Assembly (NCBI RefSeq): GCF_009914755.1
Contig: NC_060940.1
Reading direction: 5' to 3' (one strand)
Origin: the human T2T-CHM13v2.0 reference genome, Homo sapiens
Length of the DNA: 64,000 nt
Positions within the stretch are counted from its first letter, which is position 1, and each line of letters starts with the position of its first letter. A program made the translations under genes and the position numbers. Positions 1-20,500 of this stretch are shown one piece after another. Under the pieces are notes generated by a model. It searched no databases and was not told where the DNA came from. It saw nothing but the letters and a program-made list of their open reading frames with translations.

Positions 1-1173
<1,173 letters not shown>

Positions 1174-1568
1174 ACGCTTCCTCTTCTGTCCTCCCTTGAC
1201 ATACAATTATCCAGCTCTGCTAGAGATGGAAGCAGGAATTTAGGGATCACAGAGTCCACCACCCTCAGTTTCCAGATACAGAAACCATGGCCCAGGGAGG
1301 GCCTTGGGTGACTTGAGATCTCATCATGAGTCAGATATTAAGCTGAAGTTAGGACCCACATCCTCCACCTTATAACTAGAAGAAGGTATGAGGGAATGAG
1401 GTCCCTACAGTCCCTGCCTACAGAAAATAATAACAGCTAATGTTTATTGAGAACGTACTATGTGCCAGGTGCTACTGAAATGTCCATATGTCTAATTCTC
1501 ATAATAACTATATGAAAGAGGTACTGTTATTATGCCCATTTTTGAATGGAGAAACAGAAGTACAGTGA

Positions 1569-1914
<346 letters not shown>

Positions 1915-2108
1915 TAGAGTCCCCACTTTCAATCATATTTGGAGGAATGTAACTTGTAGGAAGGATTTTATCTGTTCTATTGCACTCCAGACAGTAAAAC
2001 CAGGCTCAACAGGCCCAAGGAGAGGGACTCTGCCCAATATAATCAAAGAATGGCCCAGCCTCGAAAAAAGCCCCTGTGCCATGGCATTAAACTTTCCAGT
2101 GGTGTAAG

Positions 2109-2674
2109 TGAGAGAGGAGAAAGGAAGAAGCTGGTCAGGCAGGCAGTTAGGGTGGGTCCTTAGTTGAATTCTTTCAAGCAAAAGAACAGCTTGCAGGCAC
2201 AGATAAGGAAACTTGCACATGGGGGCTTGCCTAAGACATGCCCACAGCCGCACAGATAAGAAAGGCTACACAGATGACTTGCCCATACATGTCCGCAATG
2301 GAAAATTCTGTCCCCTGACACATGTGCAGAAAGGGGAACAAAGCAATATGCAGTAACTCAAGCTAAGGGCTCACATGTGCACTAAGAGGACAGGGCGAAG
2401 CTACCAGAAATTCATGCCTTATGCAAATGAGACACCCAGGCCTCATCCATTTCTTATAAAAGGCTTTGCATTCAACCGTAAAAACAGCAACCCTCTTCCA
2501 GGCCCCCACTGCACAGGAGAGCTTTCTTCTTTTGCTTGTTAAACTTTTGCGCAACCTCATCCTTTGTGTCCATGCTCCTTAATTTTCTTAGTCGTGAGAC
2601 AAAAAACTCCAGGTGATACCACAGGAGAGGCTGCTACAACGGCTACATTCTGGTGCATTGGCGAGACTGTAACA
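2109..2674 (+). mobile_element. MER61 solo LTR (ERV1)
   Basis: Starts TGAGAGAGGAGAAAGGAAG, ends ...TGTAACA; 4-bp TSD TAAG at 2105-2108 and 2675-2678; matches recalled MER61 consensus. Confidence 0.85.
2223..2294. promoter_or_regulatory. Candidate p53 response elements in MER61
   Basis: GGGCTTGCCT-a-AGACATGCCC (two perfect RRRCWWGYYY half-sites, 1-bp spacer) and TGACTTGCCC-ATACATGTCC (no spacer, 2 mismatches). Confidence 0.6.
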
Positions 2675-3299
2675 TAAGGATAGGAGAAAGGCTTGAACCA
2701 CCAAGGGGAGATGTTGCCAAGATATTCAAGCAGCTCATGGAGGATGGGGCTGGGCCAGTGTTTTCTCAGGTCCCTTGGGGGGGTTCAGAATGGTGGGGGG
2801 ATGTGGCATTAAACTACACTGAATTGTGTCATAGGGAACAATTCTCCCTCTAATTCCTTTCCAACCCTTCAGATGACTTCCAAAAGAAAACGTCAGTTTT
2901 CTGCAAGCCTGTCTTTAACATTGCTCTAACTCTTGCTGATAATACTTCCTAATACTTCCTGTTTCAAAAAGAAAGAAAGACCACAATATCCAGCTAGAGT
3001 TTGATGGCATTATTTTTCTTTTATGCTCACATGTGCACACATGCACACACACACGTGCACATACATATTTCTTCTATTTTGGTGAGTTTTACTGGCTTTC
3101 CGCTCCCAATTTTGATCTAAAGTTCCCCTTTTACATTCATTTTTGTAAGAAGACTGTGAGTCAATAAAAAAAATCATAGTAGAAGATGAATATGTGGCTA
3201 GAAATAAATTAATAAAGGTGATATGAAAATAGCCAAAGTCTGGAAACACTGAGATAAAATAATTCTCTGCTTCTAGGCCCACTCCAGGCTGAGAGGTCA

Positions 3300-3410
3300 C
3301 AGGGCCACGACATTGCACATAACGGAGCACCATTCACATTGTGGTTTACAGGAACAACATTCCCTGAATCGTGCAGTGCACAGCCTGTGCAGCTGTACAC
3401 AGCTGCCATG
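3300..3410. mobile_element. MER91-like hAT DNA transposon remnant
   Basis: gtgcagtgcacagcctgtgcagctgtacacagctgcc resembles the MER91 terminus. Confidence 0.5.
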
Positions 3411-4204
3411 GATATTTTTAGAGTTACAAATATCCCAAACATACGAGGGAAGAGAGAGAATCTTCTGGCTGGCTGCCCTGAAATTGGCAGCCAAAGTTTC
3501 CCCCTCCAAATTGTGTTATTTTCTGTTCATGATCTTCCTACAGCATCCCCAAGTTCAGGGGACCACCACGCATCCCAAGCAGCACTGGGTCTCAACCCAA
3601 CCTCGAGAAGAATGGGAGAAACAGTCCCAGGGCTCTCCTCAGGGGAGACTCACGAACATAATCCCAGCAAGGCTGCAAAAAGATGAACTGCACGTTCAAG
3701 TGTAAAGGCAGCAGGCAGACATTCTCAGACACGAACGCCCTTGGAGAATATAGTATCCATGAGCCATTCTTGAAAAAGCTAGCTGACATTGAAATACAGC
3801 TCACCAAGGAAGAATAAAATAAGCCCAAGAATGGAGAAATCATAATAAAACCCCACGGTGGGTAAAGAATCTATGTAAACGCATAACCAAAATGAAACAA
3901 CTGGAGATATTGTAGTTGGAACACCTCGATGCTGTAAAAATCATATAAGCACCAAAAATCAGGAAGTCAGGGGCAGGAAGAACTGTGGTCACCACGTATT
4001 TCTTAGAAGAAACCTAATATCAGAAAGATCTTGTTTAAAGACCACAGGGACACACTTCTATCCCCTTTCCCTGCAAAACCACAAAGATAATTGTCTCCCC
4101 CAAGGTTAAAAGGGCCAGGCAGAAGAGAATGGAGAGTGGAATTCAGGCCTGACACGTGAACACAAAGTGGGCCTCACTTGTCATGAGGGACACGAGTCCC
4201 AGTG

Positions 4205-4290
4205 GCTCTTGAACTCCTGGCCTCAAGCAATTCTCCCACCTCAGCCTCCCAAGTAGCTGGGATTACAGGCGTGTACCACCGCACCTGGCT
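4205..4290 (-). mobile_element. Alu fragment
   Basis: Partial antisense monomer. Confidence 0.85.
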
Positions 4291-4359
4291 CCAGTAGGCT
4301 CTCAACCCAGGGCCATTGAAGAAGGACCTCTCAGGTCTTAGGAAGTTCCTGTACTGATT

Positions 4360-4362
<3 letters not shown>

Positions 4363-4396
<34 letters not shown>
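4363..4396. repeat. (AC)17 microsatellite
   Basis: Read directly. Confidence 0.95.
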
Positions 4397-4398
<2 letters not shown>

Positions 4399-4527
4399 CC
4401 AGGCACAGTGGCTCACACCTGTAATCCTAGCACTGTGGGAGGCCAAGATGGGAGGATTGCTTGAGCCCAGGAGTTTGAGACCAGCCTCGGCAACATAGTG
4501 AGACCCCATATCTAAAAATAAATAAAA
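4397..4527 (+). mobile_element. FLAM / Alu left monomer
   Basis: Monomer with A-tail. Confidence 0.88.
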
Positions 4528-5246
4528 ACACACACAAGAAAATCAACTTACTCTCACCCATACCAACCCAGTCCTAAACAGCGCCCTCTCTCTCTCTCTG
4601 TCACTCACACTCATTTCTCTCTAGGTCCATTGCCTCAGCCTCTCCTCTGGACTCCTTGCTTCCACACCATCAGCCACAGGAATACTTGTAGAACCCATAT
4701 CTGAATTCTGCTCAGGAACCTCCAATTGCCTTTAGCTCTCACCAGAATGGTGCCCTCAAACACTTCTGGAAAATGTGGACTCCTAAAGATGCATATTCTC
4801 TGTAACCCAACAATTCCATTTCTTGGAACTCATCTTACACGTGTGCAAAATTACACAAGGTCAAGATCATTCATTGCAACCTTATTTTAATGGCAAAGGA
4901 CTGGAAATAACCTACATTTCCATTAATTAAATAAGAAACATACATTCAACTTATGGAAGGATCATGCCCATTAAAATGAACAAGGCTACTCTCTCTCTCA
5001 GAATATAATTATTAATTAATATTCACACAGAATATTAGTAGTACATGGAAAAGTGGGGACCTCACTGAAGTTTGAGACCCACTGCTCATCCAGAATAAGT
5101 CTACAGAACTCTGCCTGGCCCTTTTGTCTAGTGTGGTCTCTTGACATTCTCCATCAGACGCTCTATTCATTTTCCATTGCTGCTGTAACAAATTAACACA
5201 AACAAAACATAATGGCTAAAACAATACAAAATCTTTACCTTATAAA

Positions 5247-5556
<310 letters not shown>

Positions 5557-5624
5557 TAGGTCAGGAGTCCACCATGGTTCTCACTAGGCTAAAATCAAGG
5601 TGTAGGCCCAGCCACATCCCCTAG

Positions 5625-6035
<411 letters not shown>

Positions 6036-6127
6036 TAATGTAATCACATCTGAGAAAGTCCATTTGCACCACGTAAGCTAACACAGTCACGGGTTGGGTT
6101 ACAAAGTTTGTGATGTGGACATCTTTG

Positions 6128-6773
<646 letters not shown>

Positions 6774-6880
6774 AAAAATATGGGATGCTTCATGAATGTG
6801 TGTGTTATCCTTGCACAGAGGCCGTGCTAATCTTCTCTGTATCATTCCAAGTTTAGTGTGTGTGCTGCCAGAGCAAGCAC
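6774..6880 (-). pseudogene. Full-length U6 snRNA retropseudogene (RNU6-type)
   Basis: Reverse complement GTGCTTGCTCTGGCAGCAC...GATACAGAGAAGATTAGCA...CATATTTTT, 107 nt; about 16 mismatches to U6 by eye, several at CpGs. Confidence 0.95.
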
Positions 6881-6985
6881 TGATGTGGACATCTTTGGAG
6901 TGGGTGACATTATTCTACCTAGCACAGATACCCTATATCCCCAGCTACCAAAGCATTTGTCACATCTCATCAAACACAAGACCTC

Positions 6986-7297
<312 letters not shown>

Positions 7298-7638
7298 CAA
7301 CCCAAGGCTTCATGACTCTGAACCAGTCCCTCCACCTGAAATGCTTTCTCATCTGCCCAAATGCTACTCAGACATTCAAGGCTGAACTCAAAAGCCCCTT
7401 CCTCCATGAAGCCCTCTCTGATTTCCCCCAAACAGAGTTAATGACACAGCCAGCACTTTAAAAAAGTCCCTCTATATGACACGTGTCACTTGGCATTTGA
7501 ATTATATGTTTACTTGTACATCTCTCAGTAGCCTGCAAGCAATTTAAGAGTGAAAACGGACATATTCAACCACACGTCCCCACCATTCATCACAATGCCT
7601 GGAGCATAATAGGGTTTAATATTTAATAATCAATGATT

Positions 7639-7875
7639 GGGTCAGGCGCAGTGGCTCACACGTGTAATCCCAGAACTTTGGGAGGCCAAGGCGGGCAGAT
7701 CACTTGAGGGCAGGAGTTCAAAACCAGCCTGGCCAACATGGTGAAACCCCATCTTTACTAAAAATACAAAAATTAGTTGTGTGTGGTGGTGCATGCCTGT
7801 AATGCCAGCTACTCAGGAGGCTGAGGCACCAGAATCACTTGAACCTGGGAGGCTTCAAGGGTTGCAGTGAGCTGC
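7639..7875 (+). mobile_element. Alu with 3' deletion
   Basis: Stops at gcagtgagctg; TSD aataatca(a/c)tgat. Confidence 0.9.
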
Positions 7876-8651
7876 AACAACAATAATAATAATCACTGAT
7901 GGAAAGAATGACCAAATTCTTTCTATTTTACCATGGAGTGCACTATTTAATACATAATCCAAAATACGATTTTATGCATCTGTTGTTATTCCACATCCCT
8001 GGCCCATCATGGGAACTCTATAAATATTTGCTGCATAAATAAATTAATACTCATACCTAATATTTATTGAACATTTTCTATATGCCGGCACTTAGCTAAG
8101 CTCTTATAAGCTCTGCCTCCCTAACTTAATTCTTCACAATACCTCTCAAGGGAGTACTACTGTATTTGTTTGGGTAGTTAATACTAGCTGCTGTTACAAA
8201 CACCTCAAAATCTTAAAGGTTCTTTCTTAGCTGCTTCTCCTGAATGACTCATATCCATGCAGTGAATCAGGGATCCAGGCTCCTTTTATGGTGTAGCTGC
8301 ACCACAGATGAGGGAGAGAAAGTAGAGGGAGGACACACAGTATATTTGTCCACCTCAGCCCACCACTTCCACTCATATCCCATTGGCCAGACTAGTCACA
8401 TGGCCATTCCAAGTGCAAAGGACGCTGGGAAATGCAGAGAAACTCAAGGCTACTGATAAGCATAGAGTCACAGCTGCAATCATCATCTTCCTCATCATAC
8501 AGTGGAAGAAACAGAGGTTCAGAGGAATGGAGACACGGCTCAAGTCCTTTTAGCTACTGTGTGTAAGAGACGAGTTCAACCTCAGATCTGTCTGCAGCAT
8601 AGAACCAGCCCTTAACCATTACTTGCTCACATGTGACATTCTGTGCGCTCA

Positions 8652-8816
<165 letters not shown>

Positions 8817-10817
8817 AAAAGTTAGGCCACCTCAGAGAGTGAAGCCTAGGACCTTGCTGCATGGCGAGAAGGACTCCACCCTGGGATGGGACATTTCCTC
8901 TGGACGATCCCCCAGCAGATAATCCACGAAGAGCTAATCAGGAGTTGGCTGGGTCTTGCATTTTACTATCTATTTGCTTAGTCCTGCCAGAATCCATTTA
9001 TTTATAAGCATCTAAATGATGACATGAGGCAGATGTTACGTGCTGATTTTCCCCTCCAGACTGGTGCAAGAGGGGAAATGAAATCTATTTTTTTAAATGA
9101 GCACCAGATGAAGCTTGAACAAAACCAATACCTCTTGCCGGACAAGCAGCTCTCTAAGCTTCCCACAGACACTCTCAGAGTGTCATTTCTGGGGTTTATT
9201 TGGTAGTTGTTTACTGTCTGGGAAGAAATACTGCTCCTTCCTGGATACATCTCTCCTCTCCTCCTCCTACAACCTTCCCCCAACAGTGTTAGCCCTTTGA
9301 CCTTGTAGTTTAAAATTGTAATAAAAAATTTCCCCTTGACCCGCCATTGCTTTGCCAGGAACCAATCCAGAGTCAACGCCCTCTTTCCAAACCCCACCAT
9401 TCTCCTTGCCTGTTCCTCATCTTCTAGCGTCAGCATCTCCACACTGAGACAATTGCAATTACAAGTCAATTCTCAATTATTCAGGGCTGATTATTCAGGG
9501 AGTGGATTGCTCAGGCTTTCTGCTTCCCCCTCCCTCTGTGGGCTTCGTTCTACTCATTAGCAGCTCCACCAGCAGACAAAAAAGGAAAAGAAAAGTTTGC
9601 TGAACTCCCATCCCTCAAAACCACTGGCTGGTTAGCCATTTCTGTTTGGCCAGGGAGGCGACTGGGATCCTGGACTTTATCTGTCCATGCTGCTTTCTTC
9701 CCCAATTCACATAGATAGTGCAGAATTGCCATCATTTTTCCAGGAAAGGGAGGAGAGGTACAGCCAACGCCAGCCTGGGTCTTTCAACCCCAGGGCTGCT
9801 CCCACCAGCCTGTGACGTCTGTGTGCTTGACAACAGCGTGTGCCCACGTGGAAGTGTATGCGTGAGTATGCACAAGACACACAGTGTTGTCAGCTACAGC
9901 GTACAGCTTGATGGCAGGGGCTGTCTCTTTACAGCATGAAATATGTCAAGGGACCATTGTGTGATGGCACATCTAATAAATACAATGAATTTTCAAAAAC
10001 AAATCAGAGAGAGGCAGACGAAAGGCAATTCACCCACACGTGAAATCGTCTCCTCCACCAGCTTACCCAAAACAGGGCTTGTTTTTAGACCAGAGGCCCT
10101 CTCCCAGGTCAAAGCCTCTGATCTTGGGGGATGTGAATCATAGTCCCTTACTGAAGGGCTGTAGGACAAATGGGGTTCCTCCTGGAAAGATCATTTTGTG
10201 GCCCTCTAGAGAAAGAACAGACACTGGCCCAGTGGATAGAGTATGTATCAGCCCAGAAGGGGGCCCAAGGTTGGCCCAGGCAGAACTGAGTCACCTCTGC
10301 TACGATCACCACTCCGTGCAGCCTGGCAGCCTGGTCTCCACCCGCTGCTTGGCAACCTTCAAATTATCATCTACAAGGGCAGAGCAGCCTATGTATAGGC
10401 AAGAATGGGGTTCCTGTGTGGGAAGAACGAGATGGGCTTTTAACTCTCTTCCAGCAAACCTGGCCAAACTCCTGGCAGTCTAACTCTGGGCCATCTTGCC
10501 TCATTTTTGCATTCAATCAACAAATACTCATTAAGCACCTACTACGCGCCAGGCTGTGTTGGAAGCACTGAGGATTCAGTGGTGCGCAAGATGTGATGTT
10601 TTCATTCCAGCAGGAGAAACAGATGTAAACAAGTCAACAAATAAATAAACAACAGATGGTGATATGTGCCCTGAATAAAATAAAACAGGATGCTGTGATG
10701 GAATAACAGGGTGAGCGAGGCTTCTCTGATGGGCTGACCAGGGCCTTTTCTACAAGAGAGAACACTTCCAGCTCAAACCTGATGACGACAAGCTGGCCAT
10801 GTAAAGATCCAGGGGGT

Positions 10818-11594
<777 letters not shown>

Positions 11595-12971
11595 TCAGCC
11601 TCGTGCTGGGGCAGCCTTAAGGAGAAATGCTGCAGCTCTGGGAAGCCACTGAGGGCACCAAGCAGACGAGCACTGTGATCTGATTTGCATTCTTAAAAGC
11701 GCTATCTGGAGGCTGAGCGGCTGCAAAAGACAGAACCCACTCACAGGAGCTTGAGAATGGATGCTTGTTAACACAGAAGGATACACGGGCATCTCGCTGA
11801 ACCCAGCAGCAGGGACTGCAGGGGACGGGAGCCATGGGAGCTGGGCAACCTCTCTCTGGCTGTCTCAGCCCCTCTCTGCTCCTCTGAACACATGCCTGCC
11901 TCCCTCAAACATTCCACCCCTTGTCCCTGTGACCAGCCCTACAGAAGCCAACCCACCTCCCAGAGTCCTCCAAACTCCCAGGACAGAGGAGCCAATTGGC
12001 CCAGCTCAGGTCACATGTCCAGCTCTAGTGGCCAATCAGCATGGCCGGGTAAATCATGGCCTTGCAGGAAAACGTGGTTGCCAGCATGGCCGTGACTGAT
12101 GTTGGGGAAGCTCCCAGAGGAGAAGAACTGGGCCGGCCAGGTCTCTCCAAAGTGTCCGTTCCCCAGTGTTTCCCAGAATTCCCCCTGGCAGCCTTCCCTG
12201 ATTTCCTCCATCCTGTCTCCATCTCAATCCCCACCCCCAACCCAACCAGGGGCCAGGGCTGGCCAGACCACAGGGTTCCTCGGACCTTAGGGAGTTGGGA
12301 GTTTCCCACTCAGGGCAACATGGACCCCAGAAGCAGGGGCAACAAAGGGAAAAAGTCAAACCCAGAAAGATGGAGGCTGGGATTTGGAGGGCAGGAAGAC
12401 TGCTCTGAAAAGCTTGAAGCCAGGAACCAGGAGCAGAAAAAGAAGAGTCAGTGTGGCAGGATGACACGGGCGGCACAGCTGCTGGTGCCCACTGTGAGTG
12501 TCACGCACCAGCCAGGCCTGCTGGGGCTGCTGGGCTGACGGCCACTCAGCCCGAGGCGCCTGTGTGCACAGCAGGGTGGAGGGGGCAGGAGAGAGCCCAC
12601 AGGGTGGTGAGTGGGGGCTGAGTTTGGCTCCTCCTGCAGCTCAGAGGCCTCCGCTCTCAGAGAGGGTAGCTCTCTGCCCACTCTCCTCAGTGCTGGCTGC
12701 TCCCTTGCCGCCAAGGCCCCAAGAACAGCCGGTGTGGGCATCCAGGGATGCTGGCATCTGGGCCTTGGTCTATCCACAGTTTAATTGCAAAGGGGTGTCC
12801 TGGGAGGAACAGTGGCTGGAGGGGGATGAGGGAGCTGAGAGGAAGGAGGTGAGGGACTTCCTGTCTCAATAGGAGCTGAGGGCCAGAAGGAGAGAAGGAC
12901 GGAAATCCAGAGAGCCAGAAGCAGTGGGAGAGAGAAGGGGAGAGTGAGTGAGGAAAAAAAAAAAAAAAGGA

Positions 12972-13290
12972 GGCCGGGCAGGGTAGCTTACACTTATAAT
13001 CCTAGGGCTTTGGGAGGCCAAGGCAGGAGGGTTGCTTGAGGTCATGAGTTTGAGACCAGCCAGGGCAACAGAATAGAATGAGACCCCATCTCTACAAAAA
13101 ACAAAAATTTACCAAGCAAAGTGGTGCGTGCCTGTAATCCCAACTACTCAGTAGGCTGGGGCAGGAAGTTTGCTTAAACCCAGGAGGTGGAAGCCGCAGT
13201 GAGCTATGATTGCGCCCCTGCTCTCCAACCTGGGCAACAGAGCAAGACCCTGTCTCAAAATAAATAAACAAATAAAAGATAGAGAAAAAA
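12972..13290 (+). mobile_element. Alu (AluJ)
   Basis: Diverged dimer. Confidence 0.9.
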
Positions 13291-13432
13291 AAATCAGAAC
13301 AGAGTAAATCAGAGACAAAGAGACCAAAATGGAGAGAGTTGGAGACAGACGTGACAACAAAAACAGCCAGAGAGCCAAAGACTGACGACTGCCTGGGCTC
13401 GAACCCAGCTGCCACAACTAATGACAAGTTAC

Positions 13433-14130
<698 letters not shown>

Positions 14131-14309
14131 ATCCCTTAACCTCTCTGTGCCTCAGTTTCCTCTGTGCCTCAGTTTCCTATTCCTAAAATAGGCATAATAA
14201 TAGTACCTTCCTCAGAGGTGATTCTGAGGAGCCAGGCATAGAGACCGGCAGAATAAAGGCTTAATAAGTATTAATTACATTGTCATTGTTTTGTTATTAT
14301 TGGGTGCAT

Positions 14310-15223
<914 letters not shown>

Positions 15224-15544
15224 TTCTGAAAATGCCAGGCAAATGGGAGTGGGTGATCTGGTCAACCAAGCCCTCCGGTGGGAGACCAGGTGGACACCAG
15301 TGCACCCTAGGGGTAGTGAGCCACCCTAGCAACCATGGAGAGGCCGGCCCACCTGGAGGACCCCTCGGGAACAGGAGTGGGACCCACACACTGGCCTTTG
15401 CAGCTGGCACAGCATCTAAAAGCAGACAAAAAAAGCCAGGGGTTATCTGCGCCTGGTCAGGGAGACACTGAGAGCCCCCAGGGAGATAAGGGAGCCCCAG
15501 GCTCCACCCATAGGCCCCTCCACCACTCCAGAGGGGACCCTGAC

Positions 15545-16331
<787 letters not shown>

Positions 16332-16343
16332 TGAGGACCCTGG

Positions 16344-17084
<741 letters not shown>

Positions 17085-17242
17085 TAGAAAAGTACGTCAG
17101 ATTGCATCACCTCCCTTCCTGCCCACCAAGGACTTCTCATCACACTTAGAATGAAACCGAAGTCCTCACGGTGGCCGGCAGGGCCCTAGCCCAGTGGCTC
17201 TTGGCCCTCACTGCACATTTGAGTTACCTGAGGGGCTTTTAG

Positions 17243-17584
<342 letters not shown>

Positions 17585-20500
17585 ACATCAGTACTGTTTT
17601 AACTGCCCAGTTCTGAGCGCAGGTGCCCCATATGAGATGCCTGTTCTCCTCCCTGCTCTTTCCCCGACCTTCTCCCTCAATCATTGTGCTCCAGACCCTG
17701 TGGCTTCCTCGCAGCTCCCTGCACACACCAAACACTGTCCAGGCTCAGACATTGCACCTGCTTGCTCTGTCACCCCAGATACCTTTGGAGCTTGTGCCCT
17801 CAAAGTGGCCTTCCTGACCCCCCATTATAAAATAGCACCCCTGCCCCCCCTGCATGCCCTTACCCCAGACCCTGATGGATTTGTCTCAGTGACACTCAGC
17901 CTGCCTGTGGGAACACATGCATTTGTGTGTGTGCTCACCTGATTCCTCACTGGACCATCAGTTCCACGAGGGCAGAGTCCCTGTATCACTCACCACTGAT
18001 TACCGAGTATCTGGTGCCTAGCACAGGGCGCGGGCTCATTACCTATTTGGTGAATGAGTAAATGCGTGCTGTGTCATTACCCCCGTCTCTGGCCCTACCA
18101 GGCAAGGCTCACCATGGAAGCAAACTCAGGACCAAACTCCAGCAAACAGGCTTCCATGAGGCAGGGATGCAGTGGAAACGGCACTGGCCTTGGGTCGGCA
18201 AGCCTAGAACGGAGTCCCACAGTGGGTGACCCTGAGGGAGTCACTGCCTCTCTCTGAGTCTCAGTTTCCTCATCTGTAAAATGGGGATTATGACTTAACT
18301 GCTTCAGCCCACTTCACAGCTGTTAGCCACATAACAAGTGAAGAAACTGTCTTATCTTAGCTGCTGGCACCAGAATTCCTCTTGAGGACAGAAATGACTT
18401 TGTGGAGAAAAATGTTTTGACAAGAGCTTCAGTGCAGAAGGCAAGTGCCCCAATGTCCTCATGCACACACACACACCCGCAAAACACACACACACGCTTG
18501 CAAGGTTGTATATCGGCGCCAACAGGAAAGGCTTCAGGGGAGAGGGAAGCGGCTTTGCACGCGTGAGGAAGAGACACCGGGAACTCCTTGGGAAATCAGG
18601 TAGAAGGAAGAGGGGCCAGGAGGATGCCAGATGCACCGTGTCACCTGCACTGTGCAATGGAACCTCCCACGGATCTTCAGTAAAGTCAGCAAAATCCTCA
18701 GACGCTCTTTGAGAGGGATTTGTCTCTATGGAAACCCAAGAAGGGGCAGCATCTTATCTTGACACTACCCCATTCAGGAGGGAGTCAACCACCAGAAACC
18801 CAGACCCCAAATGCAGAGGCAGGTTAGGGTTAGCGGAAGGCTTGGACCCTAGAGACAGCATGCACTGTGGGGGGATTTTGCTAAAAGGTACCTAGTCCCC
18901 AAGGGGGACACAGAGGCCCCCTCTGATTGCTGCAGGTCAGAAAGAAAATATTGGATTGGACTAATACGGGAGAGCTATTTGCAGACCAAAAAAGTGCTGT
19001 TCAATCTGGAGGTGCCACCGTGCCAAGGCCATTTCCAGCCTGCAGGGACCTTCAATCTCCATGAGACCTGCACCCACTGGAAGCAAACTTCTTTGCTCCC
19101 CAGCTCCAGTAAACTCATTCACATCTGCCTCTGACAGGAGAAGCCATCCATCCCTCCTCCTGCCTGATGGAGTCTCCGTGATGGAAGCCAGGGGTCAGGA
19201 ATAATGGATAAAGATGGCACCAAACATCCCTCCACCGGAAATCATTCCTTGGCAACTGGTGCCCAGCAGGAGTGGGGAGCGTGTCATCTAGAACTCCCAC
19301 AGGACGGTGATTGCAAAATTCAAATGCAGCCGCCCGCAACTGCCTCTGACAGGAAGTTTGATCAGCATCCTGAGTTACATGATGTCTCCCCTGTGCCAGC
19401 CTCAGCCTTTTCTAGGGTGGTCAAGCAGGCCTGGGAGCCTGAGGGTAGAGCTGAGGAGGGGCTCTGATGGGTCGTCGGGGCTCTGCCGGGCAGGCTGCAC
19501 TCCTTGGATGCCCCTAAGAGCTCCCAGGAGAATGAAAGGCAGCCCTGTACACACGCCCAGATGGCTGTTTAGAAAAGAACCTCACCCTGATTTCCAACAA
19601 GGTTTCCCCTGGAGAGTCTACGAGTTTTAGAGGCAGAGGCAGTTGTTGGAACTGTGTTCACCAGGATGAAGGAAGAAAGGAAGGGATGTTCTCAGCAAAG
19701 AGCCTGGGCCTGGCCTGGTCCTTGCCAGTCCTGCCTCATGACAGCCGCCACTGCCCGAGAGAGCCTCCCAGCCCAGCCGCCTGCAGGGCATCCTCCGCCC
19801 TGGGTTGGGGGCTGTGAGCTCACATGCTTTGGGGACTACAGGGTCATGAAACTGAGCAAAGGGGCTGGTGTAAGAGGATTGAGCAATGGACACACTGCCT
19901 CGGCGGTCAGGGACAAAAGGGAGTGTGAGGACCGTGATGAACTGGAGCACATGGGCCCATCCGAAAGAGGCAGACATGGTCCAGATCGAGTCAGTCGTGG
20001 CCATGTGTGGCCCAGTCCTGCTAGATCCTTCCTGTCGTCCAAGAGAAGTCAGAACCCTGGTTTTTGGGTGGAATCACCTGATGTTTCAAGTTTGAAGTGA
20101 GAGAGACTGCTCTTTGGCCCCAATGTCCATCTGCCTCCTCCTTCTGTGCCTTCACGGCCATCGAGGACCATGTGGACCAGGGCAGTGCCTTGGGATGGTA
20201 GAGCAACTGTTTAGAGGGATTCTGGGCCCCTGAAGTAGAGCTGAGATGCCTGATTCGTTCAGACTTTCATGTGACAGAGGACAGAAAGCTTCTATTTCGC
20301 TTAAGCCGCTATAATTTTGGGTATTTGGCTCAGCAGTTGGACTTAACTCCTAACTAATGCAGTTTGCCACGGATTCCATTTTCAGATTCCCAGTGAGCAC
20401 AGCCAACTCTGCCAGCCAGCAGCCGTCAGCTTGCAACCCTGACCTAGGGTGACATTCTAAACAGAACCCACCAGATCATGTCACTCCCCTGCTTACGAAC

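Noticed and set aside
6774-6880. Functional U6 gene
   Set aside because: About 15% diverged, no upstream PSE/TATA evident (the flank is MLT1), and has a TSD and fused L1 tail.
13380-13430. tRNA-like motif gggctcgaaccc
   Set aside because: tRNA-derived head of a MIR that resumes after the MLT1 insertion.
14144-14177. 17-bp tandem duplication tctgtgcctcagtttcc
   Set aside because: Ordinary slippage within the MIR core.
18361-18440. Possible plus-strand 80-nt exon with a GC donor (ttatcttag|...AAG|gcaagt)
   Set aside because: Short pyrimidine tract, non-canonical donor and no other support.
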